A DNA stretch of 64,000 bases. Origin: Fonticula-like sp. SCN 57-25. Lineage: Eukaryota. Of the stretch, positions 12,203-24,137 are shown piece after piece. Position numbers and translations under genes: made by a program. Each line of letters starts with the position of its first letter. Position 1 is the stretch's first letter. The notes beneath the pieces were generated by a model. The model had not been told where the DNA came from. It saw only the letters and a list, made by a program, of their open reading frames with translations, and searched no databases. The DNA is taken from contig MEDX01000003.1 of the NCBI GenBank assembly GCA_001724245.1, forward strand, positions 1 to 64,000, written 5' to 3'.

Positions 12203-13507
12203 ATGAGCGCCGTTCGCGATGCTGTTGTCAAGCAGGCGCGACGGTGGATCCCGCTCGACAGCCAGGCACCGCCGCTGTCTCTTAGCACCCCCGTACTAAA
12301 GTTTGGCTCGTACAATGTTCTTGCCCAGTGCCTCATTAAGCGCGAAAACTTTCCGTACGCTTCCAAGACAGCCATTACGTGGAAGCACCGTTCCGCGCGT
12401 TTACTGGACGAGATCAAGGGCCGTGACCTAGATGTATTGTGTATGCAGGAAGTGGACTCTGCTCAGTTTTGGGAAACGCGGCTTGGGGAGCTGGGATATA
12501 CTCTTTTGTATCATCGGAACCCAACCAAGCAGCATGGCATCGCGATTGCCTTCAAGCACGACAAGGTGACCCTGGACAACATCGAACAGCTGTTGCTTGG
12601 CGAGAAAGACTCGGTGCAACGCCTTTCTCTCAACATTGGCAACGTGGCACAGGTGGCCAAGTTTTCTTTGGTCGGCGGTGTCAGCGAGAGTGGACGCCAA
12701 AGCTCCTTTGTGATCAGCAACATGCACCTCTGCTGGCGGCCCTTTGCCAACTACATTCGCGTCCGGCAGGCCCTGGAGGTGATGCAGGTGGCATCCAAGT
12801 ACGCTCCTGCCCCGTACATTATGTGCGGAGACTGGAACACTACCCCGGATGACGCGCTCTACTCGCTGGCAACGATACGCCGCGCCAACGGTGACGTCCC
12901 TGCTTTCCACATGCACTTGCCGCGCAGTCTCTTGCTCGGCGAAACAACCATGGGGCAGATATCAGGTATGCCATCTACCGAGCTCGCAGTTGTATTCTCA
13001 TATCTTTTTTTTGTTGCTGTAGATGTGGCGGAGATGTCGGGGGACATGCTTGCCGAGCCCGACGACGTTGAGCAGATCACGCAGGCGTTCGCTTCGTTCC
13101 CCCTCGGCCGCAGCGCATACTCGACGTACCGCGAGCTGGACCCCGACATGGCCCCGGCGGAGGCACCGCCGGCGGCGATCACCAACGGGAACGGTCATGT
13201 TGTCTACGAAAAGTCGTCGCCGTACTGGGGCCCCTGGAAGGGCGAGCCGCTGCTGACGCACAGCCAGCCGCACTTTAAGGGCACGCTGGATTACATCATC
13301 CTCACCGATCCCGACAGTGCGCGGTTCACCGTTTTATCAGGGGCATTGCGCTGAGTGTTGTGGTGTTTTGTAGGCATGTGTCGCATCGAGTCGATCCTTG
13401 AGCTACCGCCGCTGAGCGAGGTTCACGCGCAGACTTCCCTGCCCAACGACAATTTTGGCTCGGACCATCTGCTCATCGCGTGCAAAATTGCATTTCTGAA
13501 TAACTAA
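12203..13507 (+). CDS. EEP-family RNase/deadenylase (Ngl/Angel/CCR4-like, no LRR)
   Basis: SYNVLAQ, LCMQEVD, NMHLCWRP, MCGDWN, FKGTLDYI and LPNDNFGSDHL motifs. Confidence 0.88.
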
Positions 13508-13542
13508 ATAATCATAAAAATTATACAATACAGAATGTAATG

Positions 13543-15789
13543 TCACACTTGCTGAGACACGCCGCAGTTGCGGCAGATCCTCTTTGTCGTTTCCGATATC
13601 TCATCGAACAGTTCCATGAAATCGTGCGTGCACTCGGGCGGCAGCTCTGCCTCTTCCACCTTTGCCTGCACCGTTCCCACTTGTTTGGCCTCTTCCTTTC
13701 GCCGCTTCTTCTTGGCTTGCCGCTCCTCGGCCTCTGCGCCATACTTTCTGCGAATGCTCGCCGCGACCATGGCGCCGTTGACCAGCTTGCGCCAATTGGC
13801 AAGAGCCTGCTGCTGAAGGCGCTGCCGTGCAAGCTCGTCCTGGCGCGCCTCGTGCTCCTCGCACGCTTCGCGCACAACCGTCTCAAACTCGGCGCACACG
13901 ACAATACCCTGTGTCACCGGGACGGCGCGGCGGCCACTAAAGCTGAACCCAGTCTATCAAGCGCGGTACACTAAGCGCACGCCCTAAAAATGAGCGAGTC
14001 GCACCACAGCGTCTGCATAGTCAATGTTGAGCTTGCGGGCCACCTGGCCGGCGGCTCGAACTGTGGCGTACATCCGGTGGTAAGCGACCCGCGGGGTCAG
14101 CCGAGTGCGTACTGTTAATGTGCACGCAGCCGTGCGGGAGCATTGACGGCTTGTATAGGTCGACGTTACCGTACTTGTTCTTTGGCACGATCCCCTATAA
14201 TTTACGTCAGACCGCGCGCACCATCATCTTAATAAAATATGCGCACCCCGCTCGCCACCGGCGGCTCGTACGGCTTGGTCTGCCACAGGCCAAAAAGCTC
14301 GACCTGCGGCGCCGTTTCACCGGCCGCCGCTGCTGCCGCCGCCGCCGTCGAGTCGGTCTCCTCCACCAGCATGCCTTTCCCCCCCGACTTGCGCGCGGCC
14401 ACTTTGGCGCCGCGGACAACCTTTGCTGGCTTCTCGCCCTGCCGAATGACGCGGCCGTCCTTGAGCCAGTACTCGACCGAGTGGAGCGTCTTGACGCACT
14501 CGCGCGGGTAGACCGGCTCGCCGCGAATGTAGCCGAGAATCGGCTCCCTCGCGTAGAGGCACTCAAACTTGCGCAAGTGCCGCTCCAGCGCGTACAGCGG
14601 GTGATTCTTGAACTGCTCAAAGCTCGTCGGGAGAACCTCGAGCCTCCCACGCGCCTCCAGCTCGGCGCTCTCCAAAGACCGTAGGGCGTCATCACGCGAC
14701 CGGAGTGGCCGCAAGACAGACTCTAGAAATCGATGGCACGAGCGCATTTTTACCGTGCGCGCGCCCCACTGCGAGGCGTAGCGGCGGGTGACGTCGCTAA
14801 CGGACCGGTCTGCGTCCGCTGCACTTTAGCTTCACTTCAAGCACAGAGAACAAAGAGACGCGTACCAGCATCAAACGCCAGCGCGTACAGGAGGGGCGGG
14901 CGCGCGTCAAGGCGCTCGGGCTGATCGACAATCCCGCGCAATGTATCAACAGCTTAATATATCGCTTAGCTACCAAAAAAAGTCATTCTCAGTGCGCACC
15001 TATCCACCGCATCTCGCTGTCCAGGAACACTTCGGCCCACGCGATGGCTGCGGGAGGCACGTTTATGACGGGGACAGAGCCGGCGTCGGACAATGTCGCC
15101 TTGAGAGGCGAGCTCGCGGGCGCCTCCTCTTGCTTTCTCGGCGACTCCTCTTGCTTCTTTGGCGAAGAAGACGCCGACGCTGATGGAGAGCTAGCATCGG
15201 AAGCGGCGGAGCGAATGTGGCCAAGGACGCTCTTTGGCGAAATGAGCTGCGCCGATAGTACTATCCGCGACCTAAGGCCTAGCGAAAGGGCGACACTCAC
15301 AAACGCCTGCGCCGCTGCAAATTGGTCGCCGCTAAAGTGGGTAGCAAAGTGCAGCGACTGCGCAACAAGCGCCTCAGCATCTTGGACGTGCGGCATAGCT
15401 GCCGGCGAGATGGTAAAGGCGCCCATAAACCACGACACCAGTTTGGTCAACATCGGCAACGTGTGGCGCGACGGGTCCTCCGTCCATTCAGCTCTCACGT
15501 CAGGCGAGAGTCGCTCCGATGCAGCGGCCAACACTTGCGGCTTGAGCGACCACATGCGAAGTCGCCCCGCAGAGATCCACAGTAGCAGATGCGCTCGGTG
15601 AACTTCAATCGTAAGCGCGCGCTCTTCCTTGGTCACCGGCTGAGCGCTCGCACGACGTCGCACAGCGCTTCCCACGTGTATTACCAGTGGCCCCTCCGTC
15701 TTTTCCACATCCTCCTCATTGTCCAACTCTTCATCAAACTCGTCAAAGAGCACGTCGTAAAAGATGTCGCCTTCACCACCGCTCGCCAT
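13543..15789 (-). CDS. XPC: DNA damage recognition protein XPC/Rad4
   Basis: VHRAHLLLWI, WAEVF, DVTRRYA, PTSFEQFKNHPLYALERHL, ELFGLWQT..Y.PP and PKNKYGNV motifs; C-terminal C/H..CxxC tail. Confidence 0.93.
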
Positions 15790-15906
15790 GACGGGCAATT
15801 TGGCGGGAAATGACCAAATCTTTCAGCATCTTTTCCGTAACGTCCAGTCATCTTTTCTCTCGTGGCGTGAGCTGGGCGTGAGCGTCAGCCGCGGTCGAGT
15901 GTTGAC

Positions 15907-17606
15907 ATGTCGAGCCTGCGCTCTCGAGCCGGTTCGGTGGATCGGCCTGCCGTGCAGACCGGCCATTTTTCAGAGGAGATTGTGAGCGACTCTGTGGAGG
16001 GACTGGAGGAGCTTGAGGCTTCGCCGATTATCCGTCGCTCATTTCTTCAGCGGGGCGGATCTTTTGAGGTCGTAGCAGAGGAGCGTCGGCGATGGTGCGA
16101 ACGTTCAACGCTGGTCCTTGAAGTGGATTGTTGCTGATGCCAAAATTTGAATAGGGCGCAGAGTCATCCCATTGGGCCGGTGTTGCCGTACGCGGCGCAG
16201 CTGTTCTGGCAGTTTGCCAAGCAGGGTCATGTGTGGATATGGCGTATGGTGTGCATGTTTTGGTATGTGCTGCTGCTTCTACCGGCCTTTATCAAGATCG
16301 GCTTCTATTACATGACCTCCCTTGATATTGTGCGCAATATCCAGTATGGCAGTCGGCCGCGCAATTTTCTTGACATCTACCTCCCCGTCACGCCCCTTCG
16401 CTCGCCGCGTAAGCGTCCCGTTGCCGTGTTCCTCACAGGCGGTATCTGGATCATCGGGTACAAGGCTTGGGGTGCCTTTTTCGGCCGTATGCTGGCCGCC
16501 CACGGTATCATCACCGTAACGCCCGACTATCGCAACTACCCGCAGGGCGTCATTGACGACATGCTGGCGGACAGCGCGGCGGCGATCGAGTGGGTCCACC
16601 AGCATATCGACGAGTACGGAGGCGACCCCGAGAGCATCCACCTCATGGGCCAGTCTGCTGGCGGTACGCCTCCCGATATCTAAAATACGGAGAAATGGGC
16701 ACTAAATTGGGGTGTGTTTTTTAACTTGCATTCAGCGCACCTTTCTGCGATGGTCGTGCTGCTAAAGTCGCTGTCCGAGTACCGCGGCAGCAAGGTTCCT
16801 ATCCACGAGGACTCTATTCACAACGCTTTCAACAATTTGCCGCATGAGAGCGCCATTGTACGCATTTTCTAGTTTTGGTTGATGTCATTGTGTGCATTTT
16901 CTGATGTGGGGCTATCGTAGACGTGGAGTGTGAAGCACATTCGCAATGTTTCGCTTGTTGCCGGCCCGTACGACCTCGTCTCTATGCTTCCGCACTTTGA
17001 GGAGCGCGGGCTTTACCGCAATGTGGTGGCCGGGATCATGGGCGGGCTCGAGCGCCTGCCGCAGATGTCGCCTGCGGTGCTCGTGCGCGAGCACCAGGCG
17101 CTCTTCCGCGCAGTGACGGCTTCGGTGCAATGCCCCCCGGTGTACCTCTTCCACGGGACCAGCGACACGGCCGTACCATTCACATCCGCGGTCGACTTTT
17201 GTTCCGCGCTCGTCGACGCAGGGTGCGTGACGGTAATGATCCTGAAACGCTGTTGCTCACGCCCACGCCAGGTTCGCCGCGTCGTACAAATTATACAAGG
17301 GCAAGTCCCATACGGATCCCATTATCGAGGACATTGTCTACGTCCAGGATGTGACCGATGAAGAGTGCGTTGGTAGTATTGCGCTCGCGCCGCTTGGCTC
17401 ACCTGTGCTCTTTCAGTGTGATTACCGATATTGTTTCCCTGCTAAAGACCAGCCAATGGAAGCCGTCGGCGCTGCGCAAGCGCCACTCCTTCATCATCGC
17501 TACGGACGCCGAGGCTGCCGCATTGCACGTGCCGGTCACGGCCTCGCGCATGAGCATGATTCCATGGATCAATGTTGCACTGGCGCGGCGCGTCTGCCCA
17601 TTCTAA
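15907..17606 (+). CDS. Isoprenylcysteine alpha-carbonyl methylesterase-like (ICME/PCME) alpha/beta hydrolase
   Basis: YGSRPRNFLDIYLP, VFLTGGIWIIGYKAWG, DYRNYPQG, MGQSAGAH, LFHGTSD, YKGKSHTD and C-terminal ARRVCPF, all matching plant-type ICME. Confidence 0.88.
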
Positions 17607-17752
17607 GCCATAATAACCGTATTTTTGTGTGTAATTTTTATGATATGATTCCCTGATAAACCTGGCATTGTTGGGAACGGGTTCCATCGGAACGTGTCAT
17701 TGCTATTATCAATCTGTCAACAACAACAAAAAAGTCATAGTACATGTTGCTA

Positions 17753-19192
17753 TCACGCGTCATCTTCGTCGGACGGCTCCTCGTCGCTGCTTTCCGCGTC
17801 CTTATCGCCGCCTTCCTTTTCCTCCTTGTCGGCCTCGGGCGACTCCTTGGCATTCCGCTTTGGGAGCTTTTGCGACAGCGTGGCTTCGTCGGGCTGAATT
17901 TCGCGAACATTGCAGGAGCGCTTGATGGCGGCCAGCAGCCTCTTTGCATCGTCGCCGTTCCGTGTCTATCAGTTGCCGGAGCGGGCGTTAGTTCAAGAAA
18001 CATAAAACGAATCAATATCGCGCACCCGAATGACGATTGTGCGCGGGGACTTGTCATCAAAAACGCACGCGATGCGCACGTACACATCCATGTAGAGGCA
18101 CACGGGCGCGTTCTCCACCAGCACAGCGTTAAGCGCGAGGCGGCGGCTCCCATCGAGGCGCATAACTAGAAAAACTGGTTAGCGTGGAATTTTTCGCTCC
18201 GGCCTATCGTGCGCACTCAGCCGGGCCAGATTCGACTCGCGATTCAAGTTGACGTGCAGCTCGCCGACGCCGCGCTCCTTCCACCCTTTCGTCTCCTCGT
18301 CCATGATGAACAGCTTTACGCGCGCCTGGAACTCTATCTTATCGTCCTCCTCGCCGGTCACAAGCTGCGACGGGTCGACCGCGGCCGTGGCGGACGGCGC
18401 GTCCTTGCCAAAAGTGGCCGGCGCAAGCGGCTCGCCCGCAGCAACAGTGGGCTTGCTCTCGTCCGGCTGCTCAGCGTCCTTTTTCTCCTTGGGCGCAGCC
18501 TCGGCCCACGACCCTGACGACGACGCGAGGCTCCCGAACGAGCCGGCCTTGACACCTTCGCCAAACTAATAGAAAAGTGAGCAGTCAGATAAATAGGCAC
18601 AAAAGAGGCGCGCTACCTGCTTCGTCACTGAAGAAGACGCGGCTGCAGCTGCTGCGGCGCTCGTTGTCTCGGTCACCGGCTTGAGGCCGACCGTTGACGT
18701 CCCAAACGCAAACGACGTCGACCATGACGGCTTGTCGGCCGCCGTTGCGCCACTGCCGCTGCTACCGCTCAGCCACGACGGCTTGTCCGTGCCGCCCAGC
18801 CACGAGCTGCCGCCGGACGCGACACTTCCAAACCCTTTCGATCCGCCTCCAAACTGAAGCAATCACTCAGTTAGAGGGGTAGTAGAAACGCACGCTGCCA
18901 ATCGTACCACACGTGGCGCTTCCTTGGCCACCGTAGGCTCATTTTCTGTCGCCGAAGCGGACGGCGCTTCCTTCGAAGCGTCCTTCTCGGTCGAGGCCGC
19001 CAAAGGCGCGTCCTTGGTGGCCTCGTCGGCCGCCCCCGTGACCACCGCGGGCTCAATCGAAACGCCATCCTCCTTTGGCCGCTTCGCCGCTTTGTCAGGT
19101 TCCTGGGCATCGACAGCTACGTGCTTTGCCACAATGTCGCCCTTGTCGCCATCGGGGTTTTCATCGCGCGCTCGCTTGGCACCCGACGCCAT
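17753..19192 (-). CDS. Ran-binding domain protein (RANBP3/Yrb2-like)
   Basis: N-terminal KRAR/KRPK NLS-like motifs, FG-like low-complexity region, RanBD (VTGEEDD..FQARVKLF...WKERGVGELHVN). Confidence 0.85.
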
Positions 19193-19303
19193 CCCTCCAA
19201 CTTATCGACGACGATTTGACAAATTGGCGCCGAAAGAGCAAATCACGTGATGAAGTCAAATTGCAGTTTGCCGGCAGTTTAGTTTGCAGTTTGCAGTGCA
19301 CTC

Positions 19304-21594
19304 ATGGCTGACCAGGTGGTGGCGGTGCTGAATGGCCTGCTGGCGACGGACGAGGCGGCGACGCGCTCGGGCGAGCTTGCTGTCACGTTGATAGAGCGGA
19401 TTCCCTCGTCACTATGGGCGTCCCAAGCGGAGAACGCCGCCATGTCGCGTCTATCCTCGCGCATCGGCGCGCTGCTTCAGAGCAGATCCCACGGGGCTCG
19501 CGCGACCGCCGCCCGCCTCATCACGCTCATGACGCGGCTGGGTCCCCAAATGGCGACGGCAAACTGCTTGTCATGGCTTTCTCTATTGTTGTCGTTTGCG
19601 AAAACGGCCAAGGATCGACCGGTCGGCGTGACCGAGGCCGCCCTGGAGGCCTGCGTCGCTCTCTTCCTCGTGGGCGATCGCGTGCCGTCCCTTCGTCGCG
19701 ACATCCTGGCCACGCCCTTCCCGCGCCTGCTCATCAATGTAGCACAGATGATTGAAGGGGCACCGGCGTCTACTCTTATTGCTCTTCGCGTGGTGCGTGC
19801 GCTGCTGCCCGCCTACGGCCCGTCGTTCAAGACGGTCACCGACAAGGTGGACGGTGCAGTGCGCAGTTTAATAGCAGGCGGCAACGCCGAGGCAGTGGCG
19901 CTCTTGCCTCATCTCTCACTGATGGCTGGCGCGAAGCATACGGCCGGAGCTTGGACCGAGACTTACACTCAGACCCTCGGGTCAGTGTCGCAGTTGTACG
20001 CGCGCCTCACGGCGTCGTGCCTCAGCGAGACGGGGACCCGGGAGCCGGCTCTCTCGGACGCCTCGCTTCAACAAATTATGCCCAACCGCAAGGCGCCGCC
20101 GTCGCTTCTGCTCAGTCGCTTCCAATTGGCAATGTCGTGTCTTAAGGAGCACTTGCGAGTCAGCGTGGCCGTCGAGGTGGCGCTCCCTCTGCCGCAGACG
20201 CTGGACGTTTTGGCGCAGATTTTCGACACGGGCCTCAAGCCACTGGTACATGATCTTGCGCTTTTAGACGACAGGGAGACTAACTCAACGTTGCCAGATG
20301 GCCACGAGCGCGAGCCGCCAAGAGTTCCACCTTGTGCTTGCGATGCTCCCCCTGGTGTTAGAGGAGTCGTGCAGCTTTTTGTCATCTCTTCTTCAATGGT
20401 ACCTTGCCACCTCAACTTTTTTTCTGTAGTTGCTCATCACTGTCTTTGTAGCGGCGGTGGTCGACTTGTTACTGTAATTGGCCGGCTGCGTCGGTGCACG
20501 CTCTTTGCCGTCCAAGCCGCCGGCGAATCGGGGCCGTCCACGCGCGCGGCGGCCTTTGATTGCCTTCGCGTCTTTGTCGAGACGTTTGGGATGAGCAGCC
20601 TAGAAGACGACGGCGTCGGCATCGCCGACACGCTAACGGCGGAGGTTCGTACGCTCGAGGCTCTTCTACCGGCATCGGCAACGGGGTCGCTCCAGCAGGA
20701 GGCGCAGCTGCTCGCCTCGAGTCGCAAAAAGCGCAAGCTCGAGGACGGCAAGGGCGAGCAGGTCAAGCCGGTCGAGCCGCTTGCCACGCCGCATATGGCG
20801 CCCATCCGCGCCGCCTTGTCAGGTGCGCTGCTGCCGCCGCCGCTCTCTGGCTCGCGACTAACTTTTGAGCAGCGTACAAGGTGATGATGAACGCGTCGCG
20901 TCAGGACGCCGCGTGGCGCCTCGCGGCCGAAAAGCCGCTACTCATCCTGGCATCCTCCCTGCTGCAGCCGATGGACGTGCCCGCCGCCCTGCCCGACGAC
21001 GTTGTTTGCCTGCTCCTCGAGACGCTAACGACCGCCGCCGCGGGCCCAAATGCGCGCCTGGCGCACCCGATCCTTGCGCACGTCCTGCAGCTTGTCTCGG
21101 AGGCGCAGGCGCACCCGTCCGCGGCCGTCCACCGCTGCGCCACGGCGTGCCTCGCGCCGCTCGTCTCTGCTATCCACCCGCGCCTGCCCGCCGTTCATCG
21201 CTACACGGACGCGGACTATGCCGAGCCGGCGGTCAAGCCCGATGTACCGGCTGCGCTGCCCCACGATAGCAGTGCCGCTGTGACAGCAGCCCCGGTGCAG
21301 GCGCCCATGCCCGCTCTGCCCGCCTCGGCGCCAGCCCAGGCGCCAGCTACCCGCCCGCCCGCCGCGAGCAACTCGCTCTTTGCGGCTGCCACGAGCGCGG
21401 CGTTTGACGGCGCGGCGCCCTTGACGGCCTCATTTGCTGCGCCGGTTGTCGCTCAGAACCAAGCCGCACCTGCGGCGGCCCCCGCGGCGCGCCCGGCGGC
21501 CGTCTCGACGCCGGCGCCCGCCAAGACCGAGGACGCGGGCGACCAAGACATGCCCGATATTGACGCGGATGGGCCCGACTCGGAGGACGAGTGA
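19304..21594 (+). CDS. RIX1: Pre-rRNA processing protein Rix1/PELP1
   Basis: Helical N-terminus (SRIGALLQS...W), RKKRK, IHPRLP motif, Pro/Ala-rich tail ending in acidic DMPDIDADGPDSEDE. Confidence 0.8.
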
Positions 21595-21951
21595 CACTCG
21601 CTTCTGCTCGTACCTGTGCTGAAGTTTTTTTTTCTCTGGACCGCTGAGCATGGTTGCATGAATATACTATACGATTGTATGACTGAAGCGTGAATATAAA
21701 GGTATCACTATCTGTATCCGCTGCCAACATCCTTGCGCAATGCGCCTCACTATGCTTGAAAAAGCACGCCTGGCCGTGTAATAGCGCATGTAGGCGCCAG
21801 ATAGGCGCCATGGTTGCGATGACAGGCGAGTTTGAGCTTCACGTGATTGATCACGTACCACCCTGAAACTAATCAAGGTAGCCCACCCCGCGAGGTTCCC
21901 CTATTCATCGAGTAGTGTTGACTGGACGGACGCCTTGCCCCGCAAGCAGTC

Positions 21952-23448
21952 ATGGCGAGCTCGTCGGCCATGAAGGCGAACGCGGCGTTGCTTCTCGTCG
22001 CGTCGCTCTTCCCCCTGCTTATTACATTCATTCTGCGTGCCTGTGCGTCCCGAGTTTCTATTTTGTCTTTAATCTCATGCGCTGCCTTTCATAGTTGGCG
22101 TCGCTGTCGGCTTGTGGGACCTGCTGCTCCTGGAGGCGGTTGTTTTTGCCTACTTCAAAGACAACATCGTCCTGATCTTCTCGTCTGATGCCGCCGGTGC
22201 GCCCGCGCGGGCTTCGCTGCCAGAGTCGTCCCCGTCTTCGGAGGGCACCGAGGAGGTTGGAGCGGCCGGCGATGAGTTGAGCCCCGCTGCCAAGGCGGCG
22301 ATGCCGTCCGGCGCGCTGCCGACGGACGAGCGCTATGCCACACTCGTAAAGGAAACCCTCGACGCTTTTCTCAAGATGGAGAAGGATAATGACCGTGCGT
22401 TCATCCCCGACGCCGAAGTCTTTTATTTTACTCTTGACTCACCATTGTCGCGTGTCTAGCCAATGTCTGGACGCAGGCCCTGGAGCAGCCCGGCCTCCGC
22501 GTGTTCCAGGATAAGGGATCCGCGGACCGCTACAAGGTCATCACTCATCTGTCCAATAGTCCGCTTACCTGCTTCAGTCTGCTGTGCGACGTGGAGCGCC
22601 GCAAGGAGTGGGACGAAATGTGCGCCGAGGCGCGCATCGTCGAAAAGATCGACCCGTTCACCAACGTTGTGTATGTGCGCACCAAGGGGATGATGCTTTT
22701 CAAATGTGCGTATAATCTTTGCGCGTTTTTCTGGCACTGACCCGCAACAGCACGCGACATTGTTCTGCTCTCACACCGTACCGTGCTGCCGAACGGCGAC
22801 CTTGTCTCCATCACGCGCTCCGTGGAGCACCCCGGTGCTCCCGTCTCTAGCAGCTACGTCCGCATGGAGGTACACTCCGCGTACCCGCTACTTGCCTTGT
22901 ACTCAACCAGCTTTAGGGCGGTATCGCGGGAATGATCTGCAGGCCATTGGCCGGCGGCAAGTGCGAGGTCTTTCAGATCCTCGACGGCGACCTCAAGGGG
23001 AACGTGCCCGCCGCGGTCCGCAGTTTCAGTGCGCAAATCTTTTATATTTTGGCATTGCATGTGCTCATTGTTTATTGTGGCGCAGTCCTCAACAAAATGC
23101 TGCCGGGCACGACCGCTGCTCTCGACAGCAAGGTCAAGGCGCTGCCTATGATCGACAGGCCGCTGCGCCGCGCCGCTGCCGCTTCTGGGGCCGCCCACAG
23201 CTCGGACCTTGGCGAGCGTATTGATTCGGTACGCGCCTTTTACGACTACGCGGTGGTGCACTGTTACTCACACGCGGCGGTGGCAGCTGAACGAGGCGCT
23301 CAACCGCTTGGAGAAGCGCTCGCCAGCGACGTCTGCGTCAAATTTGCTGACAAAAGTGCGCGCCGGTTTGCAGTGGGCGACGCCCTTCATGCTTGGTGTT
23401 ATCTACCTTATCGTTCTTTTGCGTTTCTTTGCTCGTCGGCGAAAGTAG
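21952..23448 (+). CDS. START-domain lipid-transfer protein with N-terminal and C-terminal TM segments
   Basis: DVERRKEWDEMC..ARIVEKID, SRDIV and ITRSVEHP START motifs; two hydrophobic N-terminal segments; C-terminal TM followed by RRRK*. Confidence 0.82.
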
Positions 23449-23489
23449 ACAAGGGAAGGATGCCATGCTTTGTATTCGTTTCAAAAGTG

Positions 23490-23984
23490 CTACTGTGCTT
23501 TCGTCGTCGGGTCGAGCGCTGGTCTCCCCAGCACGTCTAGTTTGTATACAATAATACGTCCGAAAAAGTCTGTGCTGTCTTCGAATATCAATGTCAATGC
23601 GTCGACCGTGCTTGGGTTGGGGACGTCAAACACCTGCTCAGCGTTCCCATTGGCGGGGACGAAGGACCCCAGGCTGATCCGCGACTGAAGGAGCGATCCG
23701 TCAAGCCGACACTCTTTTCCTACAAAGCCGCCCTGAAATAATAGCACAATTTGCTCAACTACGACGGGTTGGGGAAACGAGAGCGCGATGAACTGCGGCC
23801 GGCCGCCTTCAGAATTCCAGCATGTGTCGTCGCACCCATCGGTGAGAAACTGCTTTCCATATAGCTTGCCTTTGTTTTGCAAAACCGAGCTAACCCTGCA
23901 AAAAAAGCATAGTTGGTACAGAAACACTCGAGGGCACTCAGAGCCGCACCTTACGCTCACGCCCGGAAGGAGAGATTCGCTCAT
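23490..23984 (-). CDS. NR2C2AP: Nuclear receptor 2C2-associated protein homolog
   Basis: R|VSSVLQN..YGKQFL.DG.DDTCWNSEGG.PQ, FQGGFVGKEC and STDFFGRIIVYKLDV motifs. Confidence 0.9.
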   Translation of the reverse strand: MSESLLPGVSVRCGSECPRVFLYQLCFFCRVSSVLQNKGKLYGKQFLTDGCDDTCWNSEGGRPQFIALSFPQPVVVEQIVLLFQGGFVGKECRLDGSLLQSRISLGSFVPANGNAEQVFDVPNPSTVDALTLIFEDSTDFFGRIIVYKLDVLGRPALDPTTKAQ

Positions 23985-24137
23985 GCTGGCGATCCGTTTG
24001 AAGCCCGGCACTCTTGCAAACTGACATGCAATCTGTTTCCCGCCATTTTTTTGTGCATTGTGAAAGGGCGCGGCATCGCGCGAGTGAAGCACAGGCAAGT
24101 GTAGGTAGTTCTATTTATTTATCAACACTATGTTACT

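Noticed and set aside
19262..19297. TTTGCAG repeats before ATGs as spliced-leader trans-splice acceptors
   Set aside because: The same word occurs in reverse orientation upstream of ACS and MED11, which fits a DNA element better; SL splicing cannot be shown from DNA alone.
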